Shown: one piece after another, positions 38,301 to 44,955 of the stretch
How positions within the stretch are numbered: position 1 is the stretch's first letter
Layout: every line of letters starts with the position of its first letter
Assembly (NCBI GenBank): GCA_017560085.1
Contig: JAFYPA010000052.1
Coordinates: forward strand, 65,928-129,927
Source: Clostridia bacterium
GTDB lineage: Bacteria > Bacillota > Clostridia > Oscillospirales > CAG-382
Direction of reading: 5' to 3'
Length of the DNA stretch: 64,000 nt
The notes under the pieces: generated by a model
The model's input: the letters and a program-made list of their open reading frames with translations, nothing else
What the model was told of the DNA's origin: nothing
Database searches by the model: none
Made by a program: the position numbers and the translations under genes

Positions 38301-40299
38301 AAGTAATCTTTCTGCCTGCTGTACCGAAACCTATAGACTTTCCGTTTGTCTTGTCGTCAGCACCTACCGCAACAGTACCCATAATGTATACTGTATCTAC
38401 GATAGAGCCTTCAGCATCCATGATTTCTCTTGCTCTCTTGAATGTCTTAACGGGAGCTGCGGGAGAGTTACCTCTGTTAGCATCGTCACCGCTTGCGGAA
38501 ATGTAGAGGTCTTCAAAGAGGTCAGCTTCGGATTCGAAGAAGCCTACTGTTGTTGTACCGTCTGCAAAGAGAGAAGCGGGGATAAGATCATTTTCAAGGT
38601 CTGCAAGCTTGAGAACTGTTGTACCAACTCTTACAGAGTCGTAATCGTCGGAGTTTGCTTCATATGTGAAGCCGTTGAGAGTTGCCGCATATGTGGAAGC
38701 ATCGTAGCTTACATCAGCCTTAAGATAACCGCCTGTTACGTCGATTGTCTTTGCCTTTGTATCTGTAACCTGACCTGCATATGTAGCCATTGTGCCGTTG
38801 TTGAAGATGATAACTCTTGTAGCTTTGTCTTCTTCGGGTGTCTTATCGTCAATGTTGTTACCGAGCGAGATATTGCCCTTAACAGCGTTAACTGCATTGA
38901 TTTCGAATACGGTTACGCCTTCTCTTGCGGGATTAGCGCTTGCACTGTCGCCGTATGTGGAGCTTTCTGTTGTTACGATTGCATCAACAGAACCACCGTT
39001 GATTGTGTAGTATCTGAGACCCTTGTACTGTGTCGCAGCAACAGCACCATTGGAGTTAAGGGTGATACCGCCCACATTACCACCGTTGATGTTAACGATG
39101 AACTTACCGTATGCTGTAGGTGAGCTCTTCCAACCGTGTGCAAGGTTGATTGTACCGATACTACCGCCGTTAACAGTAAGAGTTGTGTTGCCCTTATATG
39201 TACCGCTGATAGGTCCTATAAGAACTCTTGCGAAGTTACCGCTGTTAACTTCGAATTCGTTGTTTGTACCGCTGTAAGCAGAAAATTCTGTCTTGTCATC
39301 CTTGTTTGTAAGACCCTCGCCGAAGACAAGCTTGTTGCCTCTTGCCTGAATCATACCGTCGCCGGAGCCGTCCTTGATTGTGATGTTTTCGAAAACAATG
39401 GGGCCTGCAAGAACAAGGTCATCGTCTGTGCCGCTTGCATTAGCATCGTAGTTGAATACAACATTTGCTGTCTTACCTGTTACGGTAATTGTTCTGCCTG
39501 CCACACCGATTTCTTCAGCGTCCTTGGCTGTCTTGAAGTTGTCGAGAATAACATATGTATCAACAGATGCATTAGCCTTTGCTACAGCATTTGCTCTTGT
39601 GAGTGTAGCAACGGGAGCATCCGCGGAAAGACCGGAGTATATATCCTTACCGTTAGCGGAAAGGTATACTACCTCTTCACCGTTACCGCCGGCTATGCAA
39701 GGTGCAAAGTCAAAGTTCTTTGCGCTGTATTCGTCAGCGAAGAATGCCATTGCAGATACGTCGTAGTAATGCTCTTCAGTGAAGTTAGCATTTTCGTAAC
39801 CGCCTGCGAACATAATGTGAAGCTGGTTGAATTTTTCAAGATTTTCGTTTTCAATCTTGATTACAACACGCTCCCACTTGCCGTCTGCCTTGTAAGCAGA
39901 AGACTTGTAGTCACCGCCGCCGTTACTAGTGCTGCCTGTAACTGTCGCACCGTAAACTCTTACCCAGGGGGTAGTAGCAAAGTTTGTACGAACGTCAGCA
40001 GCGAAATAAATAACGCCATCATTAGGTGTTATTGTGCCGAGACCGTATGAGTCGTAGTGAATACTCTTGGAAGCATCCACGAGCTCGTGATGGTAGTAGG
40101 TAAGATTGTTTTCTGCATCGTACAATCTTTCCTTGGAAAGACCTTCCTTTGATCTGAACACATCACTGCTGCCTACCGCAGTATAGATGTGCAAAGGATC
40201 GGAAATGGTCTGTGTTTCCTGTGCATTTGCAGTAAAGCTGAAGCAAGATACAACCATCATTGCTGTCAGTATCGCCGCAAACAATCGCTTGATTTTCAT
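29359..40299 (-). CDS. Giant (3,646 aa) secreted multi-module protein: CBM-like modules, about five right-handed beta-helix modules, Listeria-Bacteroides-type repeats, two cohesin-like modules, C-terminal dockerin
   Basis: Start moved to ATG 40299 (MKIKRLFAAILTAMMVVSCFSFTANA signal peptide, SD AAAGGAG). Beta-helix N-caps recur (VYLSANGKD, LYISASGDDANRGNSPAAPVKT, VYVNATAGDDANHGRT, VYLGDAGADTNDGLTPATLVKT). The repeat FNANGGAWGEETTKTVV...GFTFKGWTPEL...ATYTAVWE recurs. The dockerin reads CGDGTVDLSDFIRVV...DINEDGAVNVTDLGIV. Confidence 0.85.
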   Translation of the reverse strand: MKIKRLFAAILTAMMVVSCFSFTANAQETQTISDPLHIYTAVGSSDVFRSKEGLSKERLYDAENNLTYYHHELVDASKSIHYDSYGLGTITPNDGVIYFAADVRTNFATTPWVRVYGATVTGSTSNGGGDYKSSAYKADGKWERVVIKIENENLEKFNQLHIMFAGGYENANFTEEHYYDVSAMAFFADEYSAKNFDFAPCIAGGNGEEVVYLSANGKDIYSGLSADAPVATLTRANAVAKANASVDTYVILDNFKTAKDAEEIGVAGRTITVTGKTANVVFNYDANASGTDDDLVLAGPIVFENITIKDGSGDGMIQARGNKLVFGEGLTNKDDKTEFSAYSGTNNEFEVNSGNFARVLIGPISGTYKGNTTLTVNGGSIGTINLAHGWKSSPTAYGKFIVNINGGNVGGITLNSNGAVAATQYKGLRYYTINGGSVDAIVTTESSTYGDSASANPAREGVTVFEINAVNAVKGNISLGNNIDDKTPEEDKATRVIIFNNGTMATYAGQVTDTKAKTIDVTGGYLKADVSYDASTYAATLNGFTYEANSDDYDSVRVGTTVLKLADLENDLIPASLFADGTTTVGFFESEADLFEDLYISASGDDANRGNSPAAPVKTFKRAREIMDAEGSIVDTVYIMGTVAVGADDKTNGKSIGFGTAGRKITYLGYTDDNVADIIDCSAYCAYLMGDVEMDNFTFQQQTTWDGKLTLENHDITVGANMKFAGITSGNLTLGSGTATVLANFYYAAGGNNSGNIPSPMLNTITVKGGTIDKVMPGIYSGSWTFKGDVTVNLEGNTVINTLSAHGQGYDNVIKTYGAIRVNLKDNAKIGTITANATGGGSGKGSIGSYSGLREITLDGGSITKINTTGRHSSGIGTAEKREALWVITANKGSVSEIVKEHTNDNENSKVYAIFNDGVEPGTTSGPVTVLNVKGGKVAADTTVSADYASATLNKFTYTANASSDADAIKITAGETSTTYELADLNGEISLDKITEGAVNTIEFVVKDELAHIAAYRAAGYEIVYLTDVISTPVKEKTAEGKKVVFALKKDINLTGSLTLSHNGGTFVITSAGGAINMGTNSVTFGTDKNADIILDNVAFNKGNGERGLNAFGNNLTLTETFTTTSTDANALYVNATADGGSGTSNGNTLTIETPSKVLVRCSGWSGNFTNGDVNYVFGKNANAYLVVAGKVGKEGIQAQLKGNATVTVKDNANLTKIVLAEGYSYMTGNLAITIKDNANVGEISIGKEVGGNAYIDIQDGTVGPITVTSGVVKGKSVIKANTDKATVGAITGASYAVKYNGNLGGVAYSADYASVVLTPNDSVKYVRLTNGDTVKEYDVEGNEVDLLEDLTFALAEGVTTVEFLTEGTLAPTTANAVFNANGGAWGEETTKTVVTTIGEVPVAPEAPAKEGFTFKGWTPELAAITAAGATYTAVWEANAPTTATLKFYDGDTLFVEKTVAIGATEDVLPVWSDKGLENAATNDTFARPVKPGYYLKGWAAQGSTDVLVAGEFAATQDASYYAVWEEADMIADGEVTITLVSDIANSPIPADATVFKTTKNGDKYEGAFAQNYNADGTVYTTVNSALAVPGLAKDTEGSTGKTTTSSYYGTSGNVTSVLFPEGVVSTWYKWNDGKYLGFETPITGEDINVAYVINASPSASTKRGFYLEAGDVAGTLNLATVKEGTADFVVSFKADLAEGDIIKYAAPADFDNSTIKAAQILAVYVWEDAPVAPTTANATFNANGGAWGEETTKTVVTTIGEVPVAPEAPAKAGFTFKGWSPELTAITAEGATYTAVWEALVVNEPVKMFAANTFTHFYTASGSNMSVTTGTDAETRYVYKRYAFKDGTAPATPAETYCDSYANLGMTVENGLVYYVVIMRTNQTGTPNIRPLQGTGIGDRYYASAPLKADGTWERVVIKMEKAGLKDFKQMHMRLLGEVQTDKIRADFYYDIAGYAFFSDEYSANNYDFTPYIIGYEEANAVYVNATAGDDANHGRTSKFAVKTLSKAETLLKTEGLDTLYVIGNGQLNSDAITFGVAGKTIKVRGYNGSSDVFDVSAGHLRHTGSVDYDNVTIKIKDGDGRFMAQGNDITIGTGVVTNARLSQFYYGGNKLETAADSTITLKAGTWGSVHVGNWTDGSYYGTSTIVIDGATVGSVKFGHGSGTKQTFNGTGKVILNSGTIEAFNLDSATDAAVNSYNGLRYFTLNGGKVTGNMTITSKDSNKDGSKTSTATGVTVIEINAPGILEGSITKGKADDPDAKRIVIYNNDSYVEGKVTDADAIVIKAIGAKLHADVTVANDFVTTTHNGYTYELPEGSAANAVKVGEETMLLEDLNGVIPASKFVAGVNTAEFTTVSVVTSANAIFDANGGKFADGAATVTVETKIDETPVAPAAPTKDGYTFKGWTPELTAITSAGATYTAVWEATVRTFENAVYLGDAGADTNDGLTPATLVKTLKRAQEVVLANEDIDTIVVVGTYSKSNESASSTNDFLKGANRKITITGQTVESVFDMKYGSSDSHLRLGNDIEFNNLEINASSGDGGIMSMGYELTFGENLTVNGQKIGFLHYNNQLKDNGIINIKSGTFGRVDLGVQSGQTYRGTSTINVYGGEVGAIRNGHGWKGNQAVYGINNVNVNGGSVGYINLGSSADTAVTNYSGLRYFTINDGTVGDITITGSSVSKVYDTDKSQTASVRAGVTVVEYNGGTIGKIQVGTNKQTGAADPDDATRVVILNNNMTANVTDTGAIVVKAIGGKLHAATNAQETYPADRTNIDSNWGKAIVLKGFTYELPADSTANAVKIDGGEAILLENYTNDIITGITTAGEHTVEFVTVEEEVEYAIVKFVVNGTETEAEYQVGAAVTFPAVTTVPAPTKDAYYTFKAWNDGTADVDATYTAPAGGATLTATFNEIAMPESAYKNYVAADLGVVNNVAGVFTRENATIDGVEAVKIIPGSEGNATTTSINIEGSGRYPLNYSTGANSTVLNPAIYEYAVYRYYYVPGVNTETRKFNVWYQKHPWENTTLVAADMLSVDMEAGKWTYVVDKMDRADGKTPDLSIQFHIRPMNEVKASALAANGEYVYIDSMYLFKSEPTVATVTFKGEDGAVLYAIDALNSEAVRFNGTAPEKADHEFLGWAVEGTTDVVDEFTFAEDTTLVPVFKSTIVEPAEYKTYGVYDEAAGTYTVELKITNVKAHMGSFGFVLPGLVEVIPAEGVTLFSEIGTAVSPIFAKGDDYYANTWAIEEAPGYIDATNEEVLIATFVLNATASFPDKFLEYVVSADADPKYFNGTNYLVAPYTNGLDTDKIAVVYTAHKDDIIEAVVEADYEYKTYGNYNPVTGDYTIKVAYKGGKVNAGAFGIAFNSDYMTFDPDASNALVLAEGIANYLGIELAMSEDGVAFVWDGSANDADGYIDATEEVVIATIAAKMTEDQRAAYEAAGTPAFELLDIADVEDAEKYVDAEGNYLVALYVDGLEVTRVATAYTTHADTELEITTADVKVIVTFDDKDGETVSNIGYIWKDLDEPVVIDDIGNTEATLEYVFKDAKVGDTIVIKVAKNGYVTALEEVTVSAAGNVVEITVLGGDIKESTTAICGDGTVDLSDFIRVVRAFDSAATDEYKSTVDINEDGAVNVTDLGIVKANFGTVSGSNLK
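33026..33228 (-). repeat. Diverged third copy of the ~200-bp intragenic repeat (Listeria-Bacteroides-type repeat module)
   Basis: It shares the 5' ~80 nt (GCTTCCCAAACTGCTGTGTATGTTGCACCTGCAG...) with the copies at 34901 and 35987, then diverges. It encodes ANAIFDANGGKF...GYTFKGWTPELTAITSAGATYTAVWE. Confidence 0.7.
34901..35103 (-). repeat. Intragenic 203-bp repeat, copy A
   Basis: My manual alignment to 35987-36189 gives 12 mismatches in 203 nt, with a central run of more than 60 identical nt. Confidence 0.85.
35987..36189 (-). repeat. Intragenic 203-bp repeat, copy B
   Basis: See copy A. It encodes TTANAVFNANGGAWGEETTKTVVTTIGEVPVAPEAPAKEGFTFKGWTPELAAITAAGATYTAVWEA. Confidence 0.85.
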
Positions 40300-40360
40300 A
40301 AGCAATTCTCCTTTGAAAAAATAAAAATTTTCTGGTGGGGATAACAACCCCATTGTTAGA

Positions 40361-40389
40361 AGTATAATACATTTTTGATTGTTTGTCAA
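40361..40389 (-). promoter_or_regulatory. Sigma-A-type promoter of the giant gene
   Basis: The minus strand reads TTGACA (40389-40384), 17 nt, TATACT (40366-40361), about 60 nt upstream of ATG 40299. Confidence 0.6.
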
Positions 40390-40503
40390 GACAAATTGTC
40401 TAATTTAAAGTAAAATTATCATTATTTACAAATTTATATGTATATTTTTTATGATTACGCCAATACCCGAATAATGGCTACGGAAAATTCGCCCCGTTTC
40501 CAC

Positions 40504-40532
40504 TTGACAGCCGTATTTATTTGTTATATAAT
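40504..40532 (+). promoter_or_regulatory. Consensus sigma-A promoter of the GntR gene
   Basis: TTGACA (40504-40509), 17 nt, TATAAT (40527-40532). Confidence 0.65.
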
Positions 40533-40554
40533 TATATAATAATGTAACTCTTTT

Positions 40555-41277
40555 ATGAAAAAATCCGAAAGGAAAAACGCCTTGAACACCAATAACACAC
40601 CCAATCGCAATGCGATGTATGAGGTCATTGCGGACAAAATAGAAGAAATGATACTCTCGGATGAGATGCAGGCATCGGAAAAGCTTCCCTCGGAATCCGT
40701 GCTTTCGGAAAAGTTCGGGGTTTCCCGTCCCGTGGTGCGCGAGGCACTCAACACACTTCGCGAGCGCGGGCTTATAGCCTCACGGCAGGGTGCGGCATCC
40801 GTTATAACAGAGCCCGATGCGGATACGCTTCTTCGTAATTTCAACAGAATAATCCTTATGAAAAAGGTATCGCCGATGCAGGTATATCAGGTACGAATGG
40901 TGCTTGAAACGCTGTGTGCGGGTCTTGCTGCTAAAAAATGCACGCAGAGCGAGATAGAAAATCTTCGTACCCTGAACGAAAAGGTGCGCACCTCAAAAGG
41001 AAACTACGAGCTTCGTGCAAGGACAGACCTTGAATTCCACATAGCAATTGCGGAATGCTCGGGCAATCCCCTGCTCTCGGTAATGCTTGAGGCTCTGGCG
41101 TCTCTTCTTGAGCCGATTATTATAAACAATCTCAAAAATCTTGAAAAGGACACGGGAGATTTATTCCACGGCAGGATTATTGATGCGATAGAGTCGGGAG
41201 ATGAGGCTTCATCCGAAAAGTTAATGCGTGAGCATCTGACGGAGTCGGCAATGCTTTACGGTGCGGATTTTTATTAA
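40555..41277 (+). CDS. GntR-family (FadR/FCD subfamily) transcriptional regulator
   Basis: wHTH ESVLSEKFGVSRPVVREALNTLRERGLIASRQGAASVI followed by an all-helical FCD-like C-terminus. The start is uncertain (ATG 40555 or ATG 40615); neither has an SD. Confidence 0.8.
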   Translation: MKKSERKNALNTNNTPNRNAMYEVIADKIEEMILSDEMQASEKLPSESVLSEKFGVSRPVVREALNTLRERGLIASRQGAASVITEPDADTLLRNFNRIILMKKVSPMQVYQVRMVLETLCAGLAAKKCTQSEIENLRTLNEKVRTSKGNYELRARTDLEFHIAIAECSGNPLLSVMLEALASLLEPIIINNLKNLEKDTGDLFHGRIIDAIESGDEASSEKLMREHLTESAMLYGADFY

Positions 41278-41346
41278 AATTATAAAATCGAATACAAAAG
41301 TAAAATGCCTTGGCAGGGTGTATGGCTCTGTCAAGGCAAATTTGTT

Positions 41347-42354
41347 TTATTTCAAAAAGAGCGTGAACAGCTTTTTGATAACGCTTATGATTACAACAAT
41401 ATCCGAAAAATCATTACTTTCGGATGCTTCCGTTTCGGTCGTAGCATCTGCAAATTTATCATGTGCGAAATCTATCAAATGGTTATAAAACTTTTCCTCG
41501 CATTCGTAAGTAATCCCGTTATAATCAAAGCAATATGTCCCGGGAATTTTCGTAAGGGTATGCACCTTTCCGTCAGCCGTCGTGAATTTAATCACCAATG
41601 CTTCGAAATCACCGCCACTCGGAAAAACCGTTTCGCCTTTCTCGTAAAACGGTATCGAATTAAAGTTCAGGCAGAAGGATTCTATTTTATCCTCGTCTGT
41701 CAGAGTGAACTTCATATTCTGCTTGTAATATTCGGGAGTCGGATTTTTCGGTATGCCCTGCCCCCAAGATGCTGAATATTCTATTTTTACAACATCGCAT
41801 TCACCGGGAACAAAACGGTGCGTGCCAAGTCCGAGACTTGCATGTGACTCAAAGCCCACTCTTTCCGCTATGCTCTCCGAAAGCTCACCCCGGTAAACAC
41901 AGTATATTCCTTCCGCCATAGTCACAAGCTCGGAGAATTCAACAACATATGACTCGTTATTGTGCGTGAGAATATAACCGCAGCTATCGTCCTTAATTGT
42001 CTCAAGTGCAATACTGAATTTTGATTCCTTGCCGTTTTTGTCCTTTACCTGAACATAGCACCAGGCGGCACCGGAAACGGGGTAAAGATTTTCCGTTGTG
42101 ACGGTCAGATTCACATTTTTCATAGCATCAATGCAGACAGCGATGCTTTCCGTGTTATCCGTTGTATAGCCGAAATTATAAGATGTCCTCTTGCCGTCTG
42201 CGGAAATATAGTTGAGGTCTAAAACGGAAAAATAAAATTCCTTTATATCCGAAGCCGATGGCAAAAAGTCCGACGGGGCTTTGGCGTATGTACACATCAC
42301 AAAAAGCGTTGAAATAATGAGGGAAACGACTAAAGTGAAGAATGTCTTTTTCAT
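41347..42354 (-). CDS. Secreted hypothetical protein
   Basis: 335-aa ORF with signal peptide MKKTFFTLVVSLIISTLFVMCTYA and SD. I recognise no family. Confidence 0.5.
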   Translation of the reverse strand: MKKTFFTLVVSLIISTLFVMCTYAKAPSDFLPSASDIKEFYFSVLDLNYISADGKRTSYNFGYTTDNTESIAVCIDAMKNVNLTVTTENLYPVSGAAWCYVQVKDKNGKESKFSIALETIKDDSCGYILTHNNESYVVEFSELVTMAEGIYCVYRGELSESIAERVGFESHASLGLGTHRFVPGECDVVKIEYSASWGQGIPKNPTPEYYKQNMKFTLTDEDKIESFCLNFNSIPFYEKGETVFPSGGDFEALVIKFTTADGKVHTLTKIPGTYCFDYNGITYECEEKFYNHLIDFAHDKFADATTETEASESNDFSDIVVIISVIKKLFTLFLK

Positions 42355-42520
42355 ATTAACACACCTTTCAAATTATTTGTACAAGTACAGTATATAGCAG
42401 AAAGCGGAAAATTTCAATACTTTTACCCTAACTGTAATTCAGGTGTTACTTTGGAAATATATTTCGTTAATATTTTTAACATCTTGTACGAAACAAAAAG
42501 GGGGGAATACGACATAATGA

Positions 42521-42554
42521 CGAAAGAAAAATCGGGCAGCCGAAGCCACCCGAT
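42521..42554 (-). terminator. Intrinsic terminator after the SBP gene
   Basis: The minus strand reads AUCGGGUGGC UUCG GCUGCCCGAU (10-bp stem, UUCG loop) followed by UUUUCUUU. Confidence 0.75.
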
Positions 42555-42589
42555 TGTATAACATTATTGAATTAAATCCAACTCAAAAA

Positions 42590-44032
42590 TTATTCGTAGA
42601 TTTCTGCGAGAGTTGCAATCTTTTCTTCCCAAACGTCCTTTCTGGAAGCAACGAGAGAGGAAAGTGTGTTACCGCTCTTTGCTGTTACGATGGAAGCACC
42701 GTCGAAGCCGACTACCTGGTCAAGGAATCTTGCGGAGTTTCTGATAATCGGAATCATTTCTTCGGATTCTGTGTCTCTTGTGGACTTGATTGTAAGAATG
42801 ATATCGAAGTATACGGGAAGAACGAGATCGTTACTGTAGTATGCGAGTGTTTCGAGAACAGCACCTGTCTTGTCGAGATCCTGGTTTGTAACGGGGATGT
42901 ATGTAAGGCAGGAGATGTTGGGAGTTCTGGAGTAGTAGTTTTCCTGATCCTCGTCAAGCTTGGGGTAAGGAATGAAGCCTACATCGATGTCTTCAAGAGC
43001 TCTTGTTCCGGGAACCATGCTGATGAAGGAGTCGTTGAAGAGAAGTCTGCCTTCGTTGAACATCTTGTCGTCAACACCGTACTTTGCACCCTCGAAGAAT
43101 GCGCCTTCGTTGTCGAATACTTCAATCATCTTGTCAACGATTGTGTATGTACGCTCGTTGTCAACGTTGAGTATAGGCATATTGTTGTCATCCTTTGTGA
43201 GACATTCTCCGCCGTAGCCTGCAAAGAGTGCCTGAAGCTGCTCGTACTGCCAGCCGCCGAAGCCGAGTCTGTCGTCGTCACGGTTGATTATACCGTCACC
43301 GTTGAGGTCCTTTGTAGCTGCCTTGATGTAGTCAACGAACTTGTCGTGTGTCCATGTGCCGTCAAATACCATCTGGTAGGGGTATTCGAGACCGAGCTCG
43401 TCGCACATTGTCTTGTTGAAGATGAGACATTCTGCGCCGGAGAAGGAGGAAAGGTTGTAGTCACCTGTCATACAGAACACCTTGGAGCCGAAGCAGATGT
43501 CACGCTGTACATTGGAGTACCACCAGTCGTTTTCAAGGTTGATGTAGGGGATTTCGTTCCAGTCAACGAACATACCCTCTTCGATAAGTGTGGGCATACC
43601 GCTGTGCTGAACGTGTGCGTATGCGTCGTATGTGGAGTCGCCGGCCTGAGTAAGAGTTCTGATTGTTGCTGTTTCAGCCTGCTGGTCGCCGCCTGTTGTA
43701 GGACGTGTGGAGGGAACGAAGTTCATTTCCGCAAGACCGAGGTGCTCCATTGTGAGCTTGTTTCTCTGGTAGATGGCATCGTTGAGCTCGTCGCCTGTTT
43801 CTTCCTCTGCAACATAGCTGGACTTAAGTCCCGAATAGCCGAGATACATATTGAAGGACTTGCCCTCAGCCGCACCTGCGGGAACCTTAAGAGTTGCACC
43901 CTCCTCTACCTCGAGGTCTGTGCTTGTTCCGGGAGTTACTGCTTCCTCGGGAGCCTTCTTGAGGCAGGATGTCATACCTGCTGTGATAACACCTGCAAGA
44001 AGAAGTGCGAGAATTCTTTTTGTGTTTTTCAT
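42590..44032 (-). CDS. ABC-transporter extracellular solute-binding lipoprotein (family 1, sugar type), no adjacent permease genes
   Basis: Lipoprotein signal MKNTKRILALLLAGVITAGMTSC. 480 aa, with Trp/Tyr/Asp-rich composition typical of carbohydrate SBPs. Confidence 0.7.
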   Translation of the reverse strand: MKNTKRILALLLAGVITAGMTSCLKKAPEEAVTPGTSTDLEVEEGATLKVPAGAAEGKSFNMYLGYSGLKSSYVAEEETGDELNDAIYQRNKLTMEHLGLAEMNFVPSTRPTTGGDQQAETATIRTLTQAGDSTYDAYAHVQHSGMPTLIEEGMFVDWNEIPYINLENDWWYSNVQRDICFGSKVFCMTGDYNLSSFSGAECLIFNKTMCDELGLEYPYQMVFDGTWTHDKFVDYIKAATKDLNGDGIINRDDDRLGFGGWQYEQLQALFAGYGGECLTKDDNNMPILNVDNERTYTIVDKMIEVFDNEGAFFEGAKYGVDDKMFNEGRLLFNDSFISMVPGTRALEDIDVGFIPYPKLDEDQENYYSRTPNISCLTYIPVTNQDLDKTGAVLETLAYYSNDLVLPVYFDIILTIKSTRDTESEEMIPIIRNSARFLDQVVGFDGASIVTAKSGNTLSSLVASRKDVWEEKIATLAEIYE

Positions 44033-44194
44033 TTTGCCGATTTCCTTTCGTGCATATTTTTTTGCAATACCATTTTATACTCTTTTTGTCAATTTTGCAA
44101 TAGGTAAAAATGGTAAAACCGTAACGGTAAAGTAAACTTTTTTACAAAATATCTCAAAGCGGACAAAATTCTTCCTTTCCCGCACTGTTCCGCC

Positions 44195-44223
44195 TTGACT
44201 TCACCGTTTTTTGGGAGTATAAT
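44195..44223 (+). promoter_or_regulatory. Consensus sigma-A promoter for araD/araM-like genes
   Basis: TTGACT (44195-44200), 17 nt, TATAAT (44218-44223). Confidence 0.65.
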
Positions 44224-44259
44224 ACACCCGACAGAACATATGAAAGCAGAGGAATCAAA

Positions 44260-44955
44260 ATGCTTGAAAACATAAAGGAAAAGGTACTCCGTGCCAATCT
44301 CCTGCTCCCGAAATCGGGGCTTGTTACCCTTACCTGGGGCAATGTTTCGGAGCTTGACAGAGAGACGGGCTACATAGTTATAAAGCCCTCGGGCGTAAGC
44401 TATGACGAAATGACTGCAGAAGATATGGTAGTTGTCGACCTTGACGGCAACAAAATCGAGGGCAGACTGAACCCTTCATCCGACACGCCCACACATCTTG
44501 AGCTTTACAGAAAATTCCCCGAAATCGGCGGTATCACACATACCCATTCGAGATGGGCAACAATCTTTTCACAGTGCGGAAGAGGTATTCCCGCTCTCGG
44601 AACGACCCACGCGGACACCTTCTACGGTGAGGTCCCTTGTACAAGAATGATGACTCCCGAGGAGATTTTCTCGGAGTATGAGCTTAACACGGGCAAGGTC
44701 ATAACGGAGCTTTTCACAAGCGAAACGGTTATGCAGATTCCCGCGGCTCTTGTTTATTCGCACGGTCCCTTTACATGGGGCAAGGACGGAGCGAAATCCG
44801 TGGAAAACGCAATCATTCTTGAGGAGGTTGCCATGATGGCGTGGAATACTCTTATGATGAATCCCGATGCAAAAATTCAGCAGGAGCTTCTTGACAAGCA
44901 TTATCTTCGCAAGCACGGTGCGAACGCCTACTACGGTCAGGGAGAGAGCAAATGA
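44260..44955 (+). CDS. araD: L-ribulose-5-phosphate 4-epimerase
   Basis: Class II aldolase fold with the AraD-type N-terminus [32 protein letters not shown] and GGITHTHS. Confidence 0.85.
   Translation: MLENIKEKVLRANLLLPKSGLVTLTWGNVSELDRETGYIVIKPSGVSYDEMTAEDMVVVDLDGNKIEGRLNPSSDTPTHLELYRKFPEIGGITHTHSRWATIFSQCGRGIPALGTTHADTFYGEVPCTRMMTPEEIFSEYELNTGKVITELFTSETVMQIPAALVYSHGPFTWGKDGAKSVENAIILEEVAMMAWNTLMMNPDAKIQQELLDKHYLRKHGANAYYGQGESK

Noticed and set aside
29200-40050. Very long plus-strand ORFs antisense to the giant gene (29200-31380 726 aa, 31828-32634, 32740-33621, 33817-36834 1005 aa, 37594-39123 509 aa, 39136-40050)
   Set aside because: The translations are Cys/Val-rich low-complexity strings with no SD sites or motifs. 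They arise because the sense strand is dominated by GNN/ANN codons (Thr/Ala/Val/Gly/Asn/Asp) whose complements rarely give stop codons. The minus-strand frame has signal peptide, repeat and dockerin logic.
42554-44107. 517-aa plus-strand ORF antisense to the SBP gene
   Set aside because: It is a Cys/Val-rich antisense artefact. The minus-strand frame has a lipoprotein signal, an SD and a downstream UUCG-loop terminator.
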